A stretch of 61,956 bases of DNA, filler included. It is 7 parts of 7 records of this genome, joined end to end, with 100 filler letters (N's around TTAATTAATTAA, not from the genome) between each part and the next. Parts side by side here need not be neighbours in the genome. Positions count along the whole stretch, not along the records: positions 1 to 7,478 come from SRR31156797_25548; positions 7,579 to 19,551 come from SRR31156797_25559; 5 more parts are not named here. One strand, 5' to 3'. Below, piece by piece: positions 1 through 9,560 of this stretch. Made by a program: the position numbers and the translations under genes. The notes beneath the pieces were generated by a model. It did no database searches, was not told the origin of the DNA, and worked only from the letters and a program-made list of their open reading frames with translations. The stretch's first letter is position 1, and the number at the start of each line of letters is the position of its first letter.

Positions 1-328
<328 letters not shown>

Positions 329-426
329 ACATATTTTAGTATTTGGCCCCCTCATGTAATTAGTTATAAATGAGTGTCAAGGCATCGTAAAAACATTTTT
401 ATGCAATTAAATGTAGCATTGAGCAT

Positions 427-2586
427 ATGCAGCAGAATATATTATTGATTACTATATTAACTGTTTTTCTGATCGCTACCCCCGTGGCCACAGCAGAATA
501 CAATTATGAAGAGGTGAAAACTATAATCTACGAAGCCGGGGTAGAGATAGAACCCGGTTTCACTGAAGATCTTGTATGGTATGTCGGAGATGAAGACCAT
601 TCGGGAGCAGTAGGCTTCTGGGAAAATGGTCATCTGGAAGCTGATATGAAGATTGTGGATTACTGGGATGTTGATGATCCGGAGAACATGATAACAGGGG
701 AAATGACAGATCAGTTTGATATCACGACAAGTTATGTTTCATTCACGGCTCCAACTCCCGGAGGAGAACAGGTTTATGTAGACATTCAGGGCTATGACAT
801 TCCTTTGTCTGAGATCGAACCGGTAGCTAATAACATCTTTAGCAGACTTGTGGAAGAATCAGCAGCAAGTGGTGTTCTCTCAGACTCTGCAAACACAATA
901 TATACTGAATCAGAAATCTATAATGAAGTTATTGAAGCTATAAGAGATATCAGGCCCGGCTTCACTGATGACGGATACTGGTATGTCGGTGACGATGAAC
1001 ACGTAGGTCTTGTAGACTATTCCGAACTAGTCCTGGAACCTGAAATGACAGATCCGGATTACTGGGATATCAATGAAAGAATGATCATGTCTGAAGATCC
1101 AGACATAATAATAAGTAGTGATATTACATTCGATGCCCCTACACCTTATGGAACCAGAGTTTATGTTACTGTCGATGGCTATAATGTTCCTCTTTCTGAA
1201 ATACAGCCAGTAGCAGAGGTCATCTATAATACGCTTGTAGAAGCATCATTAGAAAGTGGTGCCATTGGTGACGGAGTAACAGAGGATACAGGCACACAGG
1301 AGGATTCTACAGGAACTTCGATAGGATATATAGAAAGCGATTCCCTGCAGGACACCGTTTCTGATGACATTTTGACAGTTACGGATGATAAAACAGAATC
1401 TGATGGAACTGAATCAACTGAATCGGAGGATGAGTTCACTGACGATGAATTTGAAGAAACACTTGCTGAGATCGATGAACTCTTCGCAAAGTATGATCAA
1501 CTCTTAGAAGAAGGTCTGATTGAATCTGAAGGAAAAATCGATGTCGAGGAAATCGGTAAACAGGATATTGAAGATATCCAGAACATACAGATGAACTACA
1601 TCCTTTCCGCAGAATTCGTTGAATTAATGCAGGAGCAGGCTGTGTTCATTGATATGCTAAGGGATGAGAGCTCCGAAGACACAGACAAACTTGATGAAAT
1701 TGACACAAGTGGAGAGCAGGAAGTCGAGGCTAATAAAGATATTATCAAAGATGTTTTTGGAGAAGATTTTAACTTTGAGGCAGGCAGTTCATCAGTAAGT
1801 GTCGGAGGCGGACCTAACTATGATGGCAAGGAAAAAGTCGCTGACAAACTCACTGATACGATATACCTCGATGCACTGGACAATACAAGAAAGGAAAGCA
1901 TGGAGAAACTGAAGACCGGACACGAAGCAGCTTCTTTCTTAACAGATACTTATGGAGACTCAAAGATAGCAAAGTACTTTGAGAAAGCAGACAAGATCAA
2001 CAGTTTCAAAGAAGAAGTGGACAAGTACGTTGGTGCCTACAAAGACACAAAGAAACTCAGTGAAATGAAAGGATCTTCAGGTACCACTGCAAAAGCTTTG
2101 TATGCAGTTGCAAAAGGTGGACAGGAGGTTGCCGATAAGATACCTGTAGTTGGTGAACTTGTTAAGAAAGGATTTGAAGTCACTGAAAAAATGGTCATGG
2201 TTGTACCCGAACTGGACAACGCTATAAAGAACAGCGGTGCAAGACAGGGAGTAATAACAAATGGCCCCATAGGAACTTCCACACCTAATGCATTCCTTGA
2301 TTCATACGGAAAAGTGACACAAACAGATGACGGACCATCTTATTCTTTGCCTTACACCGATGAGAACGGAAAAGAGCATGAAATCAGTCCGGACCAATGG
2401 GTAAAGGTCACAACAAAAACCGGAACTTATTACATACCCACAGATGAATGGGAGAATCCTATTGGAGATATTGCCCTAAAAGACTCAGGAAGCAGCTGGA
2501 AACCATGGAAATGGGACAACTGCCAGGTAGTCAAACGCAGCAATCCAAAAATAACCTACAATAACGGGGAGGAATACGACCTATGA
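427..2586 (+). CDS. Secreted acidic protein with two tandem ~125-aa N-terminal repeats, function unknown
   Basis: N-terminal signal peptide; duplicated unit PGFT(E/D)D..WYVGD...DYWD...APTP.G..VYV...GY..PLSEI.PVA; acidic linker; distinct Lys-richer C-terminal part. Confidence 0.8.
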   Translation: MQQNILLITILTVFLIATPVATAEYNYEEVKTIIYEAGVEIEPGFTEDLVWYVGDEDHSGAVGFWENGHLEADMKIVDYWDVDDPENMITGEMTDQFDITTSYVSFTAPTPGGEQVYVDIQGYDIPLSEIEPVANNIFSRLVEESAASGVLSDSANTIYTESEIYNEVIEAIRDIRPGFTDDGYWYVGDDEHVGLVDYSELVLEPEMTDPDYWDINERMIMSEDPDIIISSDITFDAPTPYGTRVYVTVDGYNVPLSEIQPVAEVIYNTLVEASLESGAIGDGVTEDTGTQEDSTGTSIGYIESDSLQDTVSDDILTVTDDKTESDGTESTESEDEFTDDEFEETLAEIDELFAKYDQLLEEGLIESEGKIDVEEIGKQDIEDIQNIQMNYILSAEFVELMQEQAVFIDMLRDESSEDTDKLDEIDTSGEQEVEANKDIIKDVFGEDFNFEAGSSSVSVGGGPNYDGKEKVADKLTDTIYLDALDNTRKESMEKLKTGHEAASFLTDTYGDSKIAKYFEKADKINSFKEEVDKYVGAYKDTKKLSEMKGSSGTTAKALYAVAKGGQEVADKIPVVGELVKKGFEVTEKMVMVVPELDNAIKNSGARQGVITNGPIGTSTPNAFLDSYGKVTQTDDGPSYSLPYTDENGKEHEISPDQWVKVTTKTGTYYIPTDEWENPIGDIALKDSGSSWKPWKWDNCQVVKRSNPKITYNNGEEYDL

Positions 2587-3038
2587 AGAAAAGAACAATT
2601 GCAATTATAGGAATAGTATTGTTGTTCCTCCTGTTCTCAGGAGGGGACGATGACAACTCTTCAGCAGATAGTGAATGGGACTCCATGATATCAGACAGCT
2701 ATGATGTTGACAGGGCTGCAAGTATGTCAATTTACGAATCTCTTACATTCCAGGGAATAGATGATGCCATTGTAGAAGTAACTGAAGAACATGTGCTTGT
2801 CAAATACGACCAGCCACCTGTGAAATCAGATACTGATGCACTCCTTATCTGGTTCTATATCATGGGAGTTGCAGCTGAAACCGCACCTGACGCTGATGAG
2901 GTTATCATCGAGATGTACGATGGAAGCGAAGAATTATATGAGCTTACTGTGCAGACATCCGATATCCAGGATTATCTGGATTCCTACACAACTCTTGATG
3001 AATTCAAGACAAAGGTGAGTGTCAGGGCAGTAATGTAA
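2583..3038 (+). CDS. Membrane-anchored/secreted hypothetical protein, translationally coupled to the upstream gene
   Basis: ATGA overlap with the upstream stop; MKKR plus hydrophobic stretch. Confidence 0.75.
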   Translation: MKKRTIAIIGIVLLFLLFSGGDDDNSSADSEWDSMISDSYDVDRAASMSIYESLTFQGIDDAIVEVTEEHVLVKYDQPPVKSDTDALLIWFYIMGVAAETAPDADEVIIEMYDGSEELYELTVQTSDIQDYLDSYTTLDEFKTKVSVRAVM

Positions 3039-3291
3039 GTATCACATATTTAAGGGAAATGATGAATAAGTTTTAGCTTATCCATTATTTCTGTTGAATT
3101 TTTATTCAGTTTTCTACAATCTATTTTTAAATATGAGACCTTTCACTTATCTAGAAGTTTAGTTTCACTTAATCAAGCAAAAATGTGCTTGAGCCGAATA
3201 GTATGAATTTTGTTGCGTGCATCTGAATACAGGCAGCTTCGAAAAAGAATAAATCCTGTCCCTTCCTTCTTTAAAGCGGAGAGATGGAACA

Positions 3292-3780
3292 ATGATAGGA
3301 ATTCTGGCTGATTCACACGACAATATGGAGGCAATAAATGCTGCTGTTGAGCTCTTCAATAAAAAGAAGGCAACCACTGTCCTGCATGCAGGAGATATTA
3401 TTTCACCTTTCACTGCAACCGCTTTCAAAGAACTTGAAGCAGACCTGTATTTTGTATTCGGGAATAATGACGGTGACAGAATACTTTTAAAACAGAAATT
3501 CGAGGAAATTGGAGCCGTATGTTGTGGTGACTTCGGTGATCTGGAAATTGACGGAAAAAGAATTGCACTTATCCATGGAATACATGAGCCACCTGTTATT
3601 GCCATGGCAGAATCAGGAGACTTTGACATCGTTGTCAGGGGACACACGCATCATGCAGGTGTCACAAAAATAAATGAGACTTTGTTGATAAATCCGGGTG
3701 AGACTGCCGGAGTGCTTACAGGCAAACGTACGGTTGCACTCCTTGATCCCGAACTTGGTGTAGAAATAGTAGAAATATAA
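3292..3780 (+). CDS. MJ0936/YfcE-family metallophosphoesterase
   Basis: Motifs DSH, HAGD, GNND, HG, GHTH, NPG. Confidence 0.9.
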   Translation: MIGILADSHDNMEAINAAVELFNKKKATTVLHAGDIISPFTATAFKELEADLYFVFGNNDGDRILLKQKFEEIGAVCCGDFGDLEIDGKRIALIHGIHEPPVIAMAESGDFDIVVRGHTHHAGVTKINETLLINPGETAGVLTGKRTVALLDPELGVEIVEI

Positions 3781-3795
3781 TCGAAATCAGTAGTC

Positions 3796-4170
3796 TCAGA
3801 GCATCTCCGAGACCTTTGAAAGGACATCTTTGACCTGCTGTGGGTCAAGATCAAGGTCCTTGTTCTTTTTGATATCCAGGTCTGTGAGAAGTATGTGCTT
3901 CCCTATGGGGATACCTGCTTCCTCCATTGTAGCTTTCGCACAGTTTACCGGGCAGCCATCAATAACGATAATGGAGCCACAGCCTTCTGCCGACCTGAGA
4001 AGACCCATCCTTTTGCCACCGATACCTACGGTACACATCATATTACCAATGCCCTGCTTGTGTAATTCCACTGCAATGGCATTGCTTAACTGACCAACAT
4101 TAGAAGCACCGGCGCATGGGAATATTCCCACAACTTCAGAGCCGCATGAGCACTTTACATTCTCAGACAT
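3796..4170 (-). CDS. DGC-domain putative zinc-binding protein
   Basis: CAGASNVGQ, MCTVGIGG, IDGCPVNCA. Confidence 0.85.
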   Translation of the reverse strand: MSENVKCSCGSEVVGIFPCAGASNVGQLSNAIAVELHKQGIGNMMCTVGIGGKRMGLLRSAEGCGSIIVIDGCPVNCAKATMEEAGIPIGKHILLTDLDIKKNKDLDLDPQQVKDVLSKVSEML

Positions 4171-4198
4171 GGATAGAACTCCTTAAAACCTCAATATC

Positions 4199-4432
4199 TT
4201 ATTGTGTAATCCATTCAATGACTTCGTCGACCTTAGGGACCCTGCCTACTATCTTAACGTCACCGTCAACGACAACAGCAGGAGTTATCAATACGCCATA
4301 TGAAAGAATAGAATCCATATCCTCTACCTTCACAACTTCAGCATCGACACCTGCCTGGGCAACTGCCTCTTCAACGAATTTCTTTGCCTTGTTGCACTTT
4401 GCGCAACCTGAACCTAAAATCTCTATTTTCAT
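4199..4432 (-). CDS. Small thioredoxin-like redox protein (MTH895 family)
   Basis: MKIEILGSGCAKC...YGVLITPAVVVDG; start moved to the ATG at 4432. Confidence 0.9.
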   Translation of the reverse strand: MKIEILGSGCAKCNKAKKFVEEAVAQAGVDAEVVKVEDMDSILSYGVLITPAVVVDGDVKIVGRVPKVDEVIEWITQ

Positions 4433-4472
4433 ATCGTTCATCTCTTTATCGATTAATATCAAACAAATATTT

Positions 4473-4655
4473 TTATGGGAACACCTTTATAGCACCGAGA
4501 TCACAGGATCTGACACAGGTCTGGCAATACTGACATGAATCCATCCTTGCAGGGAAGCATAGCCCATCTTTTAGCTCAAGTATGTCATTGGGACATGCAT
4601 CAACACATGAACCGCAACCTGTACAATTATTCTCATAGACTGCAACAAATACCAT
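4473..4655 (-). CDS. 2[4Fe-4S] ferredoxin
   Basis: CTGCGSCVDACP and CQYCQTCVRSC; AAGGAG RBS upstream. Confidence 0.9.
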   Translation of the reverse strand: MVFVAVYENNCTGCGSCVDACPNDILELKDGLCFPARMDSCQYCQTCVRSCDLGAIKVFP

Positions 4656-4699
4656 TTTGTGTATACTCCTTTATTTTAAACTAAGTTAACAGGAGGATA

Positions 4700-5389
4700 T
4701 CAGTACCCTCTCTTTAATATTGCTGTCAGTTCATCAGCATTGGGCATATTAGCCTCTATCTTCACGCATGTACGGTACATATCATACTCCAGGCGTATGA
4801 GTTCTGTCACCTTGCTGGAAGTATTGAACACAGCACAGCTTGCATGCCAGTTCCCATCCCGGGGCTGACCGGCCGAGCCTGGATTTATTACCATCATATC
4901 CCCATGTGTTCTTACAAAAGGAACATGTGAATGTCCTATGAACAGGACATCCGCATCAATTTCCGATACCATTTCCTCAAGTTCCTCATCTGGTGTTTCC
5001 GGTCTTATGTATTCATAATTGGAACGCGGACTTCCGTGAGTGAAATACAGTTTCAGTCCATCTATCTCTTTTTCGAGACTGAATGGAAGCTGACGAAGGA
5101 ACGCCATTTGTTCCTCTGTGGTATTCTCCCAGGTGTAATCCCTTGTGGATTGTGACAGGTGCTTATACTTGTAGCCGCAGCCGCAATCGATACCCGAGCC
5201 TACAGCAGCATCATGGTTACCAAGGACCGTCTCGATCCCCTGTTGTATAATGAGATCTATGCACTCAGAGGGAGAGGGGCCATAGTCCACAAGATCACCA
5301 AGACAGATGACCATGTCATGTGGAACTTGCAGCACTGCATCAAGTGCTTCCTTATTACCGTGAATATCGGATATCAGTAGTATTTTCAT
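4700..5389 (-). CDS. Metallophosphoesterase with CGCG motif
   Basis: SDIHGN, LGDLVDYGP, GNHD, HGSP, GHSH, NPGSAGQPRDG; start moved to MKILL. Confidence 0.88.
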   Translation of the reverse strand: MKILLISDIHGNKEALDAVLQVPHDMVICLGDLVDYGPSPSECIDLIIQQGIETVLGNHDAAVGSGIDCGCGYKYKHLSQSTRDYTWENTTEEQMAFLRQLPFSLEKEIDGLKLYFTHGSPRSNYEYIRPETPDEELEEMVSEIDADVLFIGHSHVPFVRTHGDMMVINPGSAGQPRDGNWHASCAVFNTSSKVTELIRLEYDMYRTCVKIEANMPNADELTAILKRGY

Positions 5390-5423
5390 GTTATCGTTGA
5401 ACCTTTTTTTATGTGATTTGTGA

Positions 5424-6461
5424 TCAGATAATATACATACCAAAGACGTATCCTGATATAGCAGATATCACAACTACCAGTGAGATATATGTCATGCCCT
5501 TCTGCACACCCATTATCCTGCTTATTACGATCATATTCGGCAGACTGAGTGCCGGACCTGCCAGAAGCATGGACAGTGCAGGACCTTTTCCCATACCAAG
5601 AAGGGTGAGTGCGCTAATGATCGGAACCTCTGTGAGTGTGGAAAAGTACATCAGGGCTGCTGCTACAGATGCAATCACGTAGGAACCAACATTGGCACCT
5701 CCTACATATTTCACGACATATTCTGCCGGAAGAAGCTCAACAATGATACCTGCAAAGAACACACCGATGATAAGCAGGGGTGTGATCTGCTTTACAAGGA
5801 ACCATGTCTCTCCCATCCAGCTCTCCAGTTCATCCCTGTTAAACCACTTGCGTGAAACATATATCGCGATAAGTATCAATGGTATCTCTATGAAGAGCAT
5901 GGGATTCCATGTGGGGAAGATCTCAGGTGTTACGAGGATTGCTAGAAGCAGAAGAAACAGCCATACTGTATGAGCGTGTTTCTCTTCGCCGAATGTTTTG
6001 AGCTTCTTCCTGTCAGCATCCTTCCTTTCATATATGGAGGCCATTACAAGACCGATGACAATTGAAAGGGTTATGGCGATCACTGCCCTTGCAACACCAA
6101 GGTCATAACCAAGTATCTTGGCGGTGTAGACTATGGCAAGTATGTTGATGGCCGGGGCCGAGAACAGAAACGTTGTTGCGGGACCAATACCGGCACCTCT
6201 TTTATATATTCCCGCAAAAAGAGGCAGTACTGTACAACTGCACACGGCCAGAAGACAGCCGGAGACGGCGGCAACCGTATAGGATACATATTTTGGTGCG
6301 TCAGCCCCAAAGAATTTCAGGACAGATTCTTTTGAGAAGAGCGATGCTATTGCACCTGCCAGGAAGAAGGCAGGTATCAGGCACAAGAGTACGTGAAGTG
6401 CAAGATACTCCTGAACTGATGCAATACCGATGTAAGCCAGATCAACAAGATAAGATGTCAT
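5424..6461 (-). CDS. ArsP/DUF318-family permease
   Basis: Multiple TM segments; LAVCSCTVLPLF, FLFSAPAIN, YFSTLTEVP, GPALSLP. Confidence 0.85.
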   Translation of the reverse strand: MTSYLVDLAYIGIASVQEYLALHVLLCLIPAFFLAGAIASLFSKESVLKFFGADAPKYVSYTVAAVSGCLLAVCSCTVLPLFAGIYKRGAGIGPATTFLFSAPAINILAIVYTAKILGYDLGVARAVIAITLSIVIGLVMASIYERKDADRKKLKTFGEEKHAHTVWLFLLLLAILVTPEIFPTWNPMLFIEIPLILIAIYVSRKWFNRDELESWMGETWFLVKQITPLLIIGVFFAGIIVELLPAEYVVKYVGGANVGSYVIASVAAALMYFSTLTEVPIISALTLLGMGKGPALSMLLAGPALSLPNMIVISRIMGVQKGMTYISLVVVISAISGYVFGMYII

Positions 6462-6520
6462 TATTTCAAAATATGTTGAAATACTATATATAAATTATGG
6501 TTTCAAATGATTTTGAAATA
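6462..6520 (-). promoter_or_regulatory. Archaeal TATA box flanked by two TTTCAA-N6-TTGAAA palindromes (putative repressor operators)
   Basis: TATTTCAA-AATATG-TTGAAATA at 6462-6483 and TTTCAA-ATGATT-TTGAAA at 6501-6518; TTTATATA on the minus strand at 6494-6487. Confidence 0.65.
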
Positions 6521-6594
6521 CCTTACTTCTTAAAATATCCACTTAAACAGCAGTAAACCAGTAAAGGTTTATCTAAAAAGTACAATTTCAGAGT

Positions 6595-7458
6595 ATGCCA
6601 TTCAAACCTATAGGAAATGTTACAAATTTTGCGGATAAAGAAACAATGCAACTCCTTGCACTCTGGAACGAGAGTGTAAGCATTGTCGAGTTGGAGAAAG
6701 CAAGCTCAGAGGAACTCATCTTTGAAGATTACTCACATTACATTGTTATCCACGATTCTCTTAATATGGAGTTTCCTGAAAAAAGGGATGAATGGAACAA
6801 AAGGTTTTGCGGGCATGCAGGAGTTTCAATTGCTGAACTTATAAAGATTGATAAAAACAAGATATATTTCAAAGGTCTTTTTACCGAGAACGGCTCTTCC
6901 GTTTATAGTATACTACCATACACATCATTTGACGCTCTTGAAGCCGACTTTCCTCCTGCAGGAATGAAAATTCTCAAGGAGCAGACCATGGAAGTCGCAC
7001 TTCCCCAGGCAACCGGCGAGACTATACTCGATGCGGGATGTGGAGTAGGCAGCCTGACACTACAAATGGCACGCATGAACCCGCAATCAACACTCACAGG
7101 TATCGACCTTCTGGAAGGTACTATGAGACAATGCCGCCTGAATGCAGTGGCTTACGGAATTGAGAATGCGACATTCAAGGCTGCAAGTATCTATGAACTG
7201 CCCTTCAAAGATGATAGCTATGATACAGTGACATGTTTCTTCATGCTGCACCACCTTGATGATATACCAAAGGCACTCTCAGAGGCAAGAAGAGTTGTCT
7301 CCTGCACAGGAAAGGTACTTGCAGTGGAACCACTCGACCACAATCACGGAATTGAAAGAGGTATAGAAGACTGGATCAAACACTTCGAAAATGCCGGATT
7401 CTCTGTTGAGACTCAGCAGATAAGCAGGGCAGTCTTCATAACAGCAAGACCTAACTGA
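6595..7458 (+). CDS. Class I SAM-dependent methyltransferase with N-terminal degenerate TrmO/TsaA-like domain
   Basis: C-terminus: ILDAGCGVG, GIDL, LPFKDDSYD, LHHL. N-terminus: FKPIG.V, YSHYIVI, GVSIAELIKI...KGL...GS.V..I.PY. Confidence 0.75.
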   Translation: MPFKPIGNVTNFADKETMQLLALWNESVSIVELEKASSEELIFEDYSHYIVIHDSLNMEFPEKRDEWNKRFCGHAGVSIAELIKIDKNKIYFKGLFTENGSSVYSILPYTSFDALEADFPPAGMKILKEQTMEVALPQATGETILDAGCGVGSLTLQMARMNPQSTLTGIDLLEGTMRQCRLNAVAYGIENATFKAASIYELPFKDDSYDTVTCFFMLHHLDDIPKALSEARRVVSCTGKVLAVEPLDHNHGIERGIEDWIKHFENAGFSVETQQISRAVFITARPN

Positions 7459-7478
7459 ATAACTAACATCAGAATAGT

Positions 7479-7578
7479 NNNNNNNNNNNNNNNNNNNNNN
7501 NNNNNNNNNNNNNNNNNNNNNNTTAATTAATTAANNNNNNNNNNNNNNNNNNNNNNNNNNNNNNNNNNNNNNNNNNNN
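7479..7578. other. Artificial contig spacer
   Basis: 44 N + TTAATTAATTAA + 44 N. Confidence 0.98.
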
Positions 7579-7608
7579 GATTGGTTTAAGATAATTTGCG
7601 AGTTTACA
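7579..7608 (-). mobile_element. Probable insertion-sequence terminal repeat interrupting deoC
   Basis: DeoC similarity stops just before the expected KAAGG motif; the minus strand then reads TGTAAACTCGCAAATTATCTTAAACCA up to the contig break. Confidence 0.45.
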
Positions 7609-8195
7609 ACTTCTATTTCGGCATCGGTGATTTTGCGCATCAGTTTCAAATGTGCTGCTGTCGCCCCTTTGTAACTGTACATGCCGTTATTCTGTTTTAC
7701 GAATCCATAGCCGGTACTTGTCTTTACAAATGCGACCTTCACTTCATTGCAGATAATACATAACCTGGAGATGATGTCCTCCGTGAGGAAGTCGTTTTCA
7801 AAGATCACCTTCAGAACAGCGCCATTTTCTGTGGCGGCCTTATTGACCAGTCGGATCTCGTCCTTAATAAAATCCCAATCTTTGCTTAAAGCTTTGCCTA
7901 TATTGATCACCATATCGATTTCCACGGCTCCGTCAGTACAGGCCTGTTTCGTTTCCTTGACTTTTATTTCAGTTGCACTGTTTCCGTGGGGAAATCCGAT
8001 CACAGAGCCAACCATAACATCTGTTCCAAGCAGATACTTCACAGCATCCCTGACCGCATAGGGTTTGATACAGACCGATGCAACATCGTACTCTTTAGCT
8101 ATTCGGCATTCTTTTTTTAAGACCTCGTCTGTCATAGTGGGGTGAAGAAGCGAATGGTCGATCATCTTAGCTAAGTCTTTTAAATCTATACTCAT
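7609..8195 (-). CDS. deoC: Deoxyribose-phosphate aldolase, 3'-truncated
   Basis: IDHSLLHP, VIGFPHG, EIDMVINIG, LKVIFE, FVKTSTGY. Confidence 0.9.
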
Positions 8196-8351
8196 ACATC
8201 TCTCCTATTGCATCATAGCTTTCCAGCTGATGACAAATTACATCAACATAATGAAAGTTGATATGATGTTCATATTAACTTTCATTATACTATTCGTGAT
8301 TGTAAAGGGACGCTGAAGGCTGTCAAATGGTGTCGTAGGCAGAATAGATAT

Positions 8352-9266
8352 CTAATTGGGCATTCTAATCCTTGTTTGGGTCTTATCATGTAAGATTTTT
8401 TTTCTGAAGTGACTGGGCGGGACACCGTAGACTTGTTTGAAGAGCCTGGAGAAATGGAAGGCATTTTCATAACCTAACTGATCACTGATTTCATTGATAG
8501 AAAGCTGAGAAGAGCTTAGTAGTGATGCTCCTTTGTTCAAAACATACTTTCTATACAGCCAGGCAGGAGAGTCGTTGAGGTATAATCGACAATAATTTGT
8601 CAGAGACCGTTTGGACATGCCTAATGCTTCGGCGATCATATCAACAGATATCAGACTCTTGTAGGATAATGAAAAAACTTTATACAGTTTCGCCTGAAAA
8701 CTCTGTCTCCTGGTGTGATGCTGAAAAGAGTCCGATAGATGCCTGGAAGGTATTTCCCGTACTAAGGACCAGAAAAATGTCTCCATATAGGCATCTTGTA
8801 AGAAGGAGCAGGCCAGGTCGGTCCTCTCCGATTCTGTTTCCATCAATCTAAAAAACGAATCTGCGAACTCTGGAACGGAAAGGAGGATCTGTTCTGATGG
8901 CGTAATGTCTTCCTTAAACAAAGAGGGGACGTCAAGTTCTTCAAAGAGGATGTTCTTTAATGAAAAGTGAAGGACGTAATGAAGCTGGCCTTCTACCAAG
9001 TGGTCTTGATGCTTATCGCCCGGTTTTATAATAAGGATTTGTTGATCGTATAGCTTAATGTCTTCTCCGTTTAGTGACGCCCGATACGGTCCTCTACTGA
9101 CCCAGATTACTTCATACTGATGATGGATATGAGAAGGGTATTCATAATCGCCTTGCATTGACAATCTGTGAAAATCCAGATAACGCGGACGGATTTGGAC
9201 AAGGTCGTCCCGGTTCTCATCTCTAATGTATTTGTCTTTTGTTAGAAAATTGTTCTTAGTCATCAC
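8352..9266 (-). CDS. AraC-family transcriptional regulator with cupin sensor domain
   Basis: HIHHQYE cupin motif; C-terminal ISDQLGYENAFHFSRLFKQVYGVPPSHFR. Confidence 0.92.
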   Translation of the reverse strand: MMTKNNFLTKDKYIRDENRDDLVQIRPRYLDFHRLSMQGDYEYPSHIHHQYEVIWVSRGPYRASLNGEDIKLYDQQILIIKPGDKHQDHLVEGQLHYVLHFSLKNILFEELDVPSLFKEDITPSEQILLSVPEFADSFFRLMETESERTDLACSFLQDAYMETFFWSLVREIPSRHLSDSFQHHTRRQSFQAKLYKVFSLSYKSLISVDMIAEALGMSKRSLTNYCRLYLNDSPAWLYRKYVLNKGASLLSSSQLSINEISDQLGYENAFHFSRLFKQVYGVPPSHFRKKILHDKTQTRIRMPN

Positions 9267-9560
9267 TGCCTCGTTATTTGATATGGAAACTGTTGAAGTC
9301 TCTAGTATATCACAATGCCTAAACAGATATTTTATTTACCCATCCGGTTATTCTTTTCTGAAAGAAACGGCCTTATCTTGAATATAAATCTAGCTGCTGC
9401 ACGAGATGTTCATCATTTTAATTGCAGTCGACAGAGGAACACAAGATTAACAGCCGAGGATCTCATCAGCCATATATGGTGGATGACCTGATAGCTATGA
9501 AGAGGGAAATGCCATCCCGATCTGGGAGTATATAAACGGTGAACCAGGAGGAGCTAATTG

